A stretch of DNA of 64,000 nt from assembly GCA_963833095.1 (NCBI GenBank), contig CAWHWQ010000001.1, positions 96,001 to 160,000 on the forward strand, read 5' to 3'. This stretch comes from Vulcanimicrobiota bacterium. GTDB taxonomy: Bacteria > Vulcanimicrobiota > Vulcanimicrobiia > Vulcanimicrobiales > Vulcanimicrobiaceae. The notes below the pieces were generated by a model, which ran no database searches, was not told where the DNA came from, and saw only the letters and a list, made by a program, of their open reading frames with translations. Numbering within the stretch: the first letter of the stretch is position 1; each line of letters opens with the position of its first letter. Positions 42,196 to 50,696 of this stretch are shown piece after piece. The position numbers and the translations under genes were made by a program.

Positions 42196-45100
42196 TCAGT
42201 GAAAATTGTGGGAACGCACGCCGCCCACCACGCCTTCGTCATCGAAGACCCATGCTGCGCGCGCGAGCACGTCGATCGTCCCCTGTTCTTTCTGTAAGAC
42301 GCCTTCGATCACAATCATGCTGGCGGTGCGAATGACGCGGCGGTAGCGCTCGTAGACGTCGGGCCGCACGATCACGTTGACCAGGCCCGTTTCGTCCTCG
42401 ATCGTCAAAAAGACGAAGCCTTTGGCCGTGCCCGGCCGCTGCCGCGTAATCACCAGGCCGCCCACACGGCAGACCAGATGATTGGGCATCGCCTCTAAAC
42501 CTTTCGCTGGAATCACCCGCTTGGCGTCGAGCTGTGCCCGGAAATGCGCGACCGCTTGGCCTTTGGCGGTAACGCCGGTCGACCACAGATCGAAGGAGGT
42601 CTCGACCTTGGGTCCGAGCGGCGCAAAGCGCACCGCCGGTTCTACGACATCCATCAACTTCCCAAGTTCACCGCGCGCCTCGCGTTCGTCGAGCGCGCGC
42701 AGCGCCCACATTGCCTCGCGCCGCGACCCGAACCAGGGTGCAAATGCGCCGGCTACTGCGAGATTCTCGATCGCCTCTTTTTCCAAGCGCGTACGTTGCG
42801 CGAAGGTGAGTAGATCCGTGAACGCTCCGCCACGCAACGCCGCTTCGAGGCGCTCTTTCTGCGCGCTGCCGAGGCCGCGCACGAGATGGAATCCGAGGCG
42901 CAACGCGCCCCGCGCATCAACGTGCGACCAGTATTCGCTTGCGTTCACTTCGACCGGCTTGACCACGACGCCGTGACGACGAGCATCGTTGACCAGCACT
43001 TCGGTTGAGTAGAATCCCATCGGTTGCACGTTCAAAATCGCCGCCGCGAAGATCGCCGGAAAGTGGCACTTCACGTAGGCCGAGGCATAGGCCAGCAGTG
43101 CAAAACTGGCCGCATGCGATTCAGGAAAGCCGTAGTCGGCAAAGCCTTCGAGCATGTGGAAGAGCTGCTCGGCCGCCGCGCGATCGATCCCGTTCGCCAT
43201 CATGCCTTCCACCAGCCGCGGAAAGATCTCGCGCATGCGTTCGTGCGAGCGTTTGTGTCCCATCGCGCGCCGCAGTACGTCGGCTTCGCCCGGTGAAAAT
43301 CCGGCCGCTTCGATCGCCATGCGCATCCCCTGCTCTTGAAAGAGCGGCACGCCCATCGTGCGCTCGAGCACCGGCTTTAATTTTGGATGCGGATAGGTCA
43401 CCGGCTCGAGCCCGGCGCGCCGGCGCAAGAACGGATGCACCATCTGCCCTTGAATCGGCCCGGGCCGGATGATCGCGACCTGCATCACGATGTCGTAGAA
43501 GCACCGTGGTTTCATTCGGGGGAGCATCGACATCTGCGCACGCGACTCGATTTGAAACACGCCGATCGTATCGGCTTTGGTGATCATGTCGTAGGTCGCG
43601 GGATCATCCGGCGGGATGGTGTGCAATGCGAGGGGCTGCCCTCTTGTCATCCCGAGCGTAGGCGCGCAGCGCCGTAGTCGAGGGAAGCGCATCTGGGCCG
43701 CTGCTTGCGAAGACGCTCCTCGCGGCACATCCTGTGCCGCTCCTGCTGCGCGAGTTTTGCGCAACGACCAACGGAAGTTCGCATCCTGCGAATTGCGCAA
43801 AACTTCGAGCCTTCGCTTATCAGCAGTCCAGATGCGCTTCCCTCGACTACGCTTTGCTACGCTCGGGATGACAAGAGTGCGTTTATGAATTGAGAATGCC
43901 TCTCGTAAAAGAGAAAGCATGCCCAGACCTAAGAGGTCGATTTTGATCAGGCCTAACGCTTGCAGGTCGTCTTTGTCCCACTGAATGATGGTGCGGTCGC
44001 GCATCGTGGCCCATTCGATCGGCGCAACACGAATGAGCGGATCACGCGTGATGACCATGCCGCCGGAGTGAATGCCCATGTGGCGCGGAAAGCCGTCGAT
44101 ACGCCGGCAGAATTCTTCGAGGCGCCCGGCGCGCTGCCCGAATTGGGCGGAAGCATCGGCGAGCGATTCGCGCGCGTCGTATTCCTTGGCAAGCTCGTCG
44201 GTTTGCTCGACGGTAAAGCCCAGCGCTTTGGCCACGTCGCGAAGTGCCGAGCGCGTGCGGTAACTGATGACTTCGGCTGCCATCGCGGCGTTGCTGCGCC
44301 CGTAGCGTTCGTAGATGTATTGAATGACCTGCTCGCGGTCTTGATGCGCGAAGTCGATATCGATGTCGGGAATCTCTTGGCGCTCCTCCGACATGAAACG
44401 TTCGAAGAGCAGATCCATGCCGATCGGATCGACCGCGGTAATGCCCAGCGCGTAGCAGACCGCGGAGTTCGCGGCCGAGCCGCGGCCTTGGCAGAGCACG
44501 CCGAGGCGCGCAGCAGCTTGGACGATATCCCACACGATCAGGAAGTAGCCCGCTAGATCCATCTTGGCGATGATGCCAAGCTCGTATTCGAGTTGACGCT
44601 CGACGTTCGATGCGATCGGCGTGCCGTAGCGCTCGGACGCACCGCGATAGGTCAATTCGCGTAGATAGCTTTGGCGCGTGTACGTATCCGGCACCGGAAA
44701 GAGCGGGAATTGACCGGTCAGGCGTTCGAGCCGGAAAGCACAGCGCTGCGCGATGCCCAGCGTTGCATCGACGGCCTGCGGATAGGCGCTGAAAATCGCG
44801 CGCATCGCGGCGGCGGATTTGAGGTGGTACTCGGCATTAGGGCGCAGGCGGTGCTGCGCGCGGGCCGCATCGAGCGTGATCGTCTCCTTGACGCACGCGA
44901 GGATGTCGGCGAGCTGCGCATCCTCGCGGCGCGCGTAGACGACGCCGTTGGTTGCGACGCAGGCTACGTGCATCTCGCGGGCCAAGCGAACCAGCCGATC
45001 GTTGCGCTGCGCATCGTCAGGTGTGAGATGGTGCTGCAGTTCGAGATAGCAGCGTTCGCCGAAGAACGCGCGCAACGCGTCGATACGCTGGGAATCCGGG

Positions 45101-45492
45101 ACCTGTGAGAGCGCCACAAGGCCGCTGCTGCGACCATCGAGATCCTCAATTACGAGCCGTGCATTGCCCTTGCTGCCGCGCAGCTGCGCGCACGAAATAA
45201 GCTCGCACAGATTGGCATAGCCGCGCTCGTCTTCGATCAGTAAAGTAAGGCGCGTGCCGTCTTCGAGCGTTAGCTCGCTGCCGATGATCGCGGCAATGCC
45301 CGCGCGCCGAGCCGCTCCGGCAAACCGCACCGCGCCATAGAGGCCGTCCCGGTCGGTCAGCGCGATCGCCGTCAGCTCGAGCTGAGCAGCACGCTCGATC
45401 AGCGTCTCGGGATGGCACGCTCCTTCGAGAAAGGTGAAGTTGGAATAAGCGTGCAGTTCCGCATAGCTCAAGGAAGCTCTGACAATGTCCAT
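42196..45492 (-). CDS. dnaE2: Error-prone DNA polymerase DnaE2 (ImuC) with 79-codon in-frame insertion; start ATG 45492 or TTG 45471
   Basis: YAELHAYSNF, GRGSAANS, PDIDIDF, KIDLLGLGML, YGFPESHA, C-terminal SHNFH. Confidence 0.95.
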   Translation of the reverse strand: MDIVRASLSYAELHAYSNFTFLEGACHPETLIERAAQLELTAIALTDRDGLYGAVRFAGAARRAGIAAIIGSELTLEDGTRLTLLIEDERGYANLCELISCAQLRGSKGNARLVIEDLDGRSSGLVALSQVPDSQRIDALRAFFGERCYLELQHHLTPDDAQRNDRLVRLAREMHVACVATNGVVYARREDAQLADILACVKETITLDAARAQHRLRPNAEYHLKSAAAMRAIFSAYPQAVDATLGIAQRCAFRLERLTGQFPLFPVPDTYTRQSYLRELTYRGASERYGTPIASNVERQLEYELGIIAKMDLAGYFLIVWDIVQAAARLGVLCQGRGSAANSAVCYALGITAVDPIGMDLLFERFMSEERQEIPDIDIDFAHQDREQVIQYIYERYGRSNAAMAAEVISYRTRSALRDVAKALGFTVEQTDELAKEYDARESLADASAQFGQRAGRLEEFCRRIDGFPRHMGIHSGGMVITRDPLIRVAPIEWATMRDRTIIQWDKDDLQALGLIKIDLLGLGMLSLLREAFSIHKRTLVIPSVAKRSRGKRIWTADKRRLEVLRNSQDANFRWSLRKTRAAGAAQDVPRGASSQAAAQMRFPRLRRCAPTLGMTRGQPLALHTIPPDDPATYDMITKADTIGVFQIESRAQMSMLPRMKPRCFYDIVMQVAIIRPGPIQGQMVHPFLRRRAGLEPVTYPHPKLKPVLERTMGVPLFQEQGMRMAIEAAGFSPGEADVLRRAMGHKRSHERMREIFPRLVEGMMANGIDRAAAEQLFHMLEGFADYGFPESHAASFALLAYASAYVKCHFPAIFAAAILNVQPMGFYSTEVLVNDARRHGVVVKPVEVNASEYWSHVDARGALRLGFHLVRGLGSAQKERLEAALRGGAFTDLLTFAQRTRLEKEAIENLAVAGAFAPWFGSRREAMWALRALDEREARGELGKLMDVVEPAVRFAPLGPKVETSFDLWSTGVTAKGQAVAHFRAQLDAKRVIPAKGLEAMPNHLVCRVGGLVITRQRPGTAKGFVFLTIEDETGLVNVIVRPDVYERYRRVIRTASMIVIEGVLQKEQGTIDVLARAAWVFDDEGVVGGVRSHNFH
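43641..43877. mobile_element. 237-bp palindromic REP-doublet/MITE-like element in frame within dnaE2
   Basis: Terminal inverted arms CTCTTGTCATCCCGAGCGTAG..GTAGTCGAGGGAAGCGCATCTGG; internal hairpins; length divisible by 3. Confidence 0.85.
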
Positions 45493-45749
45493 GTACCGGT
45501 CGTTATGGCCCCGATGATTGCAGCGCCGAGGAGTCGGTGAGGAAGCATAGCCGGGGCGTTCTGTAACCGAGCCGACGACGACGGAGATGCGTCATCGCGG
45601 CCATAACCCGAAGGGCAAGGGCATTTGTGGTGCACCTCTTCGTTGCACCCTCGGTCACAGAGCGCGTTACTATGCTCCTTCGGCTGCGCCTCAATCTGCA
45701 CCACAAATGCATCTTGCGATCGGCACAGCGACATCGTCAGAGTTTCCTT
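45470..45749. mobile_element. 280-bp MITE-like element with terminal inverted repeats and two internal arms
   Basis: TIR AAGGAAGCTCTGACAATGTC / GACATCGTCAGAGTTTCCTT (18/20); stems 45503-45606 and 45621-45710. Confidence 0.75.
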
Positions 45750-46230
45750 ATCTCCGTAGCCACGTGCGGAGCATCCGCAAATCGAGTCGCGTAACGATCT
45801 GCGGACACTCGGCACTGCAGCAGTGCAGCGCACGCAACCGTTCGCGCACGCGCTCCCGCGCGCAGGCGAACTCGGCATCGATCGCGGCACTGGATAGAAA
45901 GCGTTCGTTCTCGATTCGCAAGTGAGCGAAACGACGGTGCAGGGTCCGTTCGTCCTCGATCTCGCCGACGAAGCACGCGCGTAACCGGAGACGCTCGCCG
46001 TATCGGAACCCCGCGCGCAGTTCCCGGATACGCCTCATCGGATGCTCCGAGTAGCCCACCTTCACGCAGCCGCCGTCGAGCTCGAGCAGATAGACGAATC
46101 CGTAGTTAAAGCCGGCCAGTTCTTCGAGCGGGGAGAGCAGATGATTGGTACGGGTGATCTCGCCGCTGCGAAGCCACGCCGATGCGACACGTTGAAACCG
46201 CTCGCACGCGGTTTGCTCGACGCTAATCAT
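45748..46230 (-). CDS. T5orf172/MUG113-like (GIY-YIG superfamily) nuclease-domain protein
   Basis: GFVYLL....VKVGYS..P.RRI.EL....E..LHRRF..LRI.NERF pattern. Confidence 0.72.
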   Translation of the reverse strand: MISVEQTACERFQRVASAWLRSGEITRTNHLLSPLEELAGFNYGFVYLLELDGGCVKVGYSEHPMRRIRELRAGFRYGERLRLRACFVGEIEDERTLHRRFAHLRIENERFLSSAAIDAEFACARERVRERLRALHCCSAECPQIVTRLDLRMLRTWLRR

Positions 46231-46375
46231 ACGACCCCCGCAGATTTCCCCAACGGCCGGCCGCCGTCGGGGGCCCCTTCCGTTTTAAAGCGCTTCGCTT
46301 ACGCTCCGCGCCTCCTGTCGCTGATATCTGCGAGCCTGCGATAAGAGCAATGCTAATCATATGAACCTCGCAGAT
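46222..46375 (-). repeat. Direct repeat of imuB 3' end (24 bp, 21/24) enclosing a hairpin-rich spacer
   Basis: 46352-46375 vs 46222-46245, both encode LRGSYD-stop. Confidence 0.8.
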
Positions 46376-47618
46376 ACCAGCGTTCGCCTTGACGATAGAT
46401 CCGCCAGACTTGGCCGGTATCGAGTTGCACGTCGTATTCGTCGCGCGCGGTGTGGGCGGCGGTGAACCACCCTTCTTCAACGCGCCACGGCCCGGAGCAA
46501 TGTTGTACGATACGCTCCCCGATACTCGAGGGCTCTCCCCGGCGCAAGCGGACGTCGATCTCAGTGACCGCGAGCAAGCGCAGTTGCGGCACGATCTTCG
46601 TGGATTCGGCTTCGCCCAATCTGTAGCGTTCGGCCTTGGGCCGATCCGCACTAAGCGTGAACGGTTCGTAGGTGAAACGCTCTTCGAGCTGGTGGGCTGC
46701 CCGTGTGTGCGCCCGGCGCACCGGTTCACCAAGCATCGCTTCGAGCCGTGCCAGCACCACCGCAACGTTCGCGCGATCGATCTCATCGCCGGCGAGCAAC
46801 GGCATCGGTTCTCCACCTTCTTCTAAGCCGGCCGCACGCAGACGCAAGCCGCAGATTGGCGCCGGAAAACTCGCGCCTTCCAATTTTGCACGCAGTACGT
46901 CAAGCATCGCACGCTCCTGCGAGGTGGCAGCGGCGAGTTGCACCTCGATGCGCGCGGTATCCGCACTCTCGAGTTCGATCTCGACCTGTAATGCGCTCGC
47001 GCGCTTGCCGCAACGTTCCAAATCGCTGCAGATCCGTCCGATCAATACGCGCAATGCAAAGACGACGGCTGCTTCGCTCTGCGCCGAACCCTCGCCGAGC
47101 ATAGCCGCCTCGATTGTGATTGCGTGTCCGCGTGGCACGAACGGTGAACGATCGACGCCGCGCGCAGCCTCGTGCCAACGCGCCGCATCGGGACCGAAGC
47201 GGCGCACGAAGGGCCCGTGCGGCAGTGCAGCTAGCGCTCCGAGCGTCGTGACACCGAGCAGATGCAACCGTTCGATGATATCGGCATCGCATTCCAAAAC
47301 ACCAAGCGGCATCGGCGCCAGCGTTTGCGCTTCGCGGCCTACCTCGATCTGCGTGACATCAGCATTCCAGGAAGCGGCAAATGCGCAGAAACGATTCGGC
47401 CCCGCTCCGACGCGCGCGCAAAGCGCATACGGGACAAGCGCGGTGCGGATGCTTGCGCTCCATGCTGCAAAATCGCCGCCTGCGCCGTGCATATCGAGCA
47501 ACGTGACGCCGCGACGCACATCTTCGATCAGCGGCGTGACCGCGTCGAGCGCATCGAGGATCTCTTGCCAGACGTCATCACTGCGCACGTCATCAACAAT
47601 CCGGACACAAACGATCAT
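46353..47618 (-). CDS. imuB: ImuB, inactive Y-family polymerase homolog
   Basis: TPLIE..LLD, LHLLGVTTLGALA.LP...RRFG, SGPWRVEEGW, RDEY, WYLRGSYD; lies between imuA and dnaE2. Confidence 0.88.
   Translation of the reverse strand: MIVCVRIVDDVRSDDVWQEILDALDAVTPLIEDVRRGVTLLDMHGAGGDFAAWSASIRTALVPYALCARVGAGPNRFCAFAASWNADVTQIEVGREAQTLAPMPLGVLECDADIIERLHLLGVTTLGALAALPHGPFVRRFGPDAARWHEAARGVDRSPFVPRGHAITIEAAMLGEGSAQSEAAVVFALRVLIGRICSDLERCGKRASALQVEIELESADTARIEVQLAAATSQERAMLDVLRAKLEGASFPAPICGLRLRAAGLEEGGEPMPLLAGDEIDRANVAVVLARLEAMLGEPVRRAHTRAAHQLEERFTYEPFTLSADRPKAERYRLGEAESTKIVPQLRLLAVTEIDVRLRRGEPSSIGERIVQHCSGPWRVEEGWFTAAHTARDEYDVQLDTGQVWRIYRQGERWYLRGSYD
46601..46646 (-). repeat. 46-bp repeat inside imuB coding sequence (inverted relative to 48396-48441)
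   Basis: 43/46 identity to the intergenic copy. Confidence 0.85.
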
Positions 47619-48283
47619 TGCACCATCCCCAGTTCATTGAGAACAAACGGAGTTAAAGATTTCCTGAACTTGTGTTTACGCAGTTCGGTCCGCACCTCAA
47701 ACCCGGTAAAGACCCCCCAGATCCCCCGCGTACCAGTGTGAACGTGCCGCTCGACGCGGCATGACAGGCAGACCGTTGCCGCCGCGGAAAGCTCCGCGAT
47801 CGTCCTCGTCGCGAGCACCACGAGCACCGCTCCGGCCTTCTGAGCAAGATTGGCAAGGCGGGTCCAGACCGCGGCACGTAGCGTTGTGGCTGTCATAACC
47901 ACGACTCGGGCGGTACGCGAGCGTAGGAGCAAATCGGCGGCCCGAGCTGCCCGAACCGGCGTAGCGGCGGGAACGATCAAGAGCCGGTCCAAACGGACCC
48001 CGGCGGCTTCTAAGGCGGGCGGATAGAGCTCGCCGCCGTCGATGACCGCAGCTAACCCATTGCGCGTCGCCTGGGCGAGCAGCACCGCAGCGATGCTGTG
48101 GGTACCGGCGGTCCCGCAGCCTTCGAGGGTGACCAGGGAGCCGCAAGGGAAGCCCCCACCAAGCAGGGCGTCAATGTCCGCAATGGCGGTTGGAAAGAGC
48201 GCCTCCCGGCCGTTGCGTGGCGCGGTGCCCGCAGCGTAGAAGCGGGCTTTGAGCTCCTGGAAGTCGGTGCGTGCCGGAAGCAT
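47615..48283 (-). CDS. imuA: ImuA, RecA-like protein
   Basis: PT.IADIDALLGGGFPCG, degenerate Walker A, YPPAL.AAGV.LDRLLIV. Confidence 0.85.
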   Translation of the reverse strand: MLPARTDFQELKARFYAAGTAPRNGREALFPTAIADIDALLGGGFPCGSLVTLEGCGTAGTHSIAAVLLAQATRNGLAAVIDGGELYPPALEAAGVRLDRLLIVPAATPVRAARAADLLLRSRTARVVVMTATTLRAAVWTRLANLAQKAGAVLVVLATRTIAELSAAATVCLSCRVERHVHTGTRGIWGVFTGFEVRTELRKHKFRKSLTPFVLNELGMVQ

Positions 48284-48291
48284 GGGTCCCC

Positions 48292-48321
48292 ATCCTAATC
48301 GAACATATGTTCGGTCGTCAA
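48292..48321 (-). promoter_or_regulatory. SOS promoter with LexA box between -35 and -10
   Basis: TTGACG-18 bp-TAGGAT; perfect palindrome CGAACATATGTTCG at 48300-48313. Confidence 0.88.
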
Positions 48322-48353
48322 TCCCCCAACTTCGCCAAAGAATCCCACCCACG

Positions 48354-48441
48354 GATCGGCCGTAGGCCGAACGTAAAGGGGCCAGCCAAGCTGGAGATCA
48401 GCCGAAGGCCGAACGCTACAGATTTGGCGAAGCCGAATCCA
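48354..48441 (+). repeat. Two tandem hairpin repeats upstream of CHAD gene
   Basis: GATCGGCCGTAGGCCGA identical to 2163-2179; 48396-48441 matches the imuB-internal copy. Confidence 0.8.
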
Positions 48442-48830
48442 TGCCGCCGGACGATCGCATTGAGGAATGGGCCCTAGGACTCGTCAAAGCGGACGTGCAC
48501 GCTTTTAAGCGGGCGCGGGTGCGCTTTTTGCGTCAGCGCAGCGCCAAACGCTTGCACGAGCTGCGTACCACCGCGCGGCGTTTGCGGTGCATTCACGAAG
48601 ATCTGCGAGAAGCAATTCCACCGTTTTCGCTCAAACGCTTACGCCGCTTGATCGATTTGACCGGCGAGGCGCGCGATGCGGCGGTCATGCGTGAGGCGCT
48701 ACGCAACGCCCTCGACACACGCGAGCGTCATGCCGCTCGTAGCTTGTTGCGCGCGCTGCGCCGGCGCGAGCGTCTCGCCCTTGCTCGCATCGCTCGGGCG
48801 CTCGAACACGTGAAGCCGACGCAGCCATGA
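48441..48830 (+). CDS. CHAD domain protein, half-domain 1
   Basis: LHELRTTARRLR, GEARDAAV. Confidence 0.8.
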   Translation: MPPDDRIEEWALGLVKADVHAFKRARVRFLRQRSAKRLHELRTTARRLRCIHEDLREAIPPFSLKRLRRLIDLTGEARDAAVMREALRNALDTRERHAARSLLRALRRRERLALARIARALEHVKPTQP

Positions 48831-49282
48831 AAGCCCGTCACGTCGATCTCTCCGATTCGTGCGGCGTCGATGATGCGATGCGCCGCATCGCCATCGTGCG
48901 TTTCGCTGAAGTGCTTACACTCGTTCCTGCGCTGCGTCATGGAAGAAGCAAGGATCTGCACGATCTGCGCATCGCCTGCAAGCGCCTGCGTTACGCCCTC
49001 GAACGCTACACGCCACGCGAGCCGGCGCTCCTCGAAGCAGCGAGCCGCCTAAGCCAGTTGCAAGACGCGCTCGGCGACTTGCACGATCGTGACCTGCTGT
49101 TGCTCGCAATGTCGAAAGATTTACACGTGAGCGCGCAGCGCATACGCATGCAGCGCGATGACGCGCTCTCCCGCGCGCGCGCATTGTGGCGCGATGCATT
49201 CGCGACCTACGGCCCCTTCGAAGGGCTGATGCGCTTTACCGGACTCGGTTACGGTTTCGGTGACGGCGTGGGAACCGGCTGA
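48827..49282 (+). CDS. CHAD domain protein, half-domain 2
   Basis: LHDLRIACKRLRYALE, LQDALGDLHD. Confidence 0.85.
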   Translation: MKARHVDLSDSCGVDDAMRRIAIVRFAEVLTLVPALRHGRSKDLHDLRIACKRLRYALERYTPREPALLEAASRLSQLQDALGDLHDRDLLLLAMSKDLHVSAQRIRMQRDDALSRARALWRDAFATYGPFEGLMRFTGLGYGFGDGVGTG

Positions 49283-50067
49283 CCGCTGCAGTATCTGCTC
49301 GTGGCGATGATCGCGTTCGCGAGCGGAGCCTCATCCTTTTTGTTCTGTTCTTGCGCCCACTCAACGCCGTCTTTGAGGCTGCTGACGGGATTGTAACCAA
49401 CCGCAAGACCGGGAATTTTGGACAGATCGATCTCGTACTGATTGGGTTGAAGCCCAGCCTGGAGCGCCGTGTCGTCGAACACCTGCGGCTTCCCCTGCGG
49501 GTTAGGGGTCCCGGTAATCGAATTGAGATCGTTGCTCGATTGGCCGGGCGCATTGTTGCCCGTCATGGCGGATAAATACCCGAAGCCTTCGTGTTGCATT
49601 TGCCCGAGCTGCTGCGTATCGACGAAACCGTTGATGATGTCGATCGACGCCTGCTGATTGGCAAGCGCTTTGAGCGCTTCATTTTTAATGCCGACCAGCT
49701 GCTTATCTTCAGGCGTCTTGGGATCACTCGGAAAGACCGACGGGTCATCGAGAAGCTTTTGAATCGCCAGCGTGTTTTGAACCAGCGGCGTAACCAAATT
49801 CTCGAGATGCATTACCGCCATGTTCTGACCCGCATCGCTTCCGGCCGCGCCCGAATCGATGTAACTCTTGAAGAGCGGGGGACTCTTGGCGATCGTCGCG
49901 TCGTTTTGGATCATCATCGCAATCGCCGGTCGGAACTTCGTCGCCAGCGCGCTACAGAGTGGACGCGAGACCGAGTGATAGATTTCCGGCAGAAATGTCG
50001 GCGCCGGAGTCGGGGTCGCGCCGATCAAAAGCAACGCGAGCAAGGCGGGAGTACGCATTGTGGTCAT
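49249..50067 (-). CDS. Secreted hypothetical protein
   Basis: Signal peptide, PTP linkers, two Cys. Confidence 0.7.
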   Translation of the reverse strand: MTTMRTPALLALLLIGATPTPAPTFLPEIYHSVSRPLCSALATKFRPAIAMMIQNDATIAKSPPLFKSYIDSGAAGSDAGQNMAVMHLENLVTPLVQNTLAIQKLLDDPSVFPSDPKTPEDKQLVGIKNEALKALANQQASIDIINGFVDTQQLGQMQHEGFGYLSAMTGNNAPGQSSNDLNSITGTPNPQGKPQVFDDTALQAGLQPNQYEIDLSKIPGLAVGYNPVSSLKDGVEWAQEQNKKDEAPLANAIIATSRYCSGQPVPTPSPKP

Positions 50068-50109
50068 CTACGACAAGAACACAGCACATTGCCTGCTGTG
50101 ACGGCGCAA

Positions 50110-50177
50110 TCCTCAGGATACGGATGAAGTGTTCGGAGCACAGAATGTTCGACCCACCAAAGGTGGGCCGAACCGTC
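50110..50177. repeat. 68-bp structured dispersed repeat, copy 2
   Basis: Colinear with 2122-2189. Confidence 0.75.
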
Positions 50178-50684
50178 CTAAGTCGCTACGGCTTCGTTGA
50201 CTTGCTCGAGCGCCTGCTTCTCCTCGCCCGAAATCACCATGGTGAGATCGAGCATAATAATCAGTCGCTCGTCCATCTTACCGACGCCCTGGATGTACTC
50301 GGTACCGACGCCGGCGATCATTTCGGGCGCGTCCTCGACATTCTCGATCGGAATGTTGAGCACTTCGCTCACCGAATCGACCACCATGCCGACGCGCTTG
50401 TTGCCGATCTCAGTCACGATGATGCGCGTGCTCTTGGTCGCGTCGATGCGCTTCATGCCGAAGCGCGTGCGCAGGTCGATGATCGGAATCAATTGGCCGC
50501 GCAGGTTAATCACGCCCTCCATGAACTTGGGAGCGCGCGGGACGTGCGTGATTTCGACCATACGGATGATTTCTTGAACTTGCGAAATATCGACGCCGTA
50601 CTCTTCGCTTCCCAAGCGAAACGATACGACCTGGACGACCTCGCCCGAGAACTGCTGCTTCTTCTCTTCTCTACCGTCTGCCAT
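50178..50684 (-). CDS. cheW: Chemotaxis coupling protein CheW
   Basis: EEYGVDI..VQEI, GVINLRG, GMVVDSVSEV. Confidence 0.95.
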   Translation of the reverse strand: MADGREEKKQQFSGEVVQVVSFRLGSEEYGVDISQVQEIIRMVEITHVPRAPKFMEGVINLRGQLIPIIDLRTRFGMKRIDATKSTRIIVTEIGNKRVGMVVDSVSEVLNIPIENVEDAPEMIAGVGTEYIQGVGKMDERLIIMLDLTMVISGEEKQALEQVNEAVAT

Positions 50685-50696
50685 TGTGTGTGATCC

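Noticed and set aside
43641..43877. Intein in DnaE2
   Set aside because: No Cys/Ser start or His-Asn end motifs; the insert is explained by DNA palindromy
45469..46354. Group I intron with homing endonuclease
   Set aside because: U and G boundaries can be drawn, but I see no P7 core motifs; not called without a covariance search
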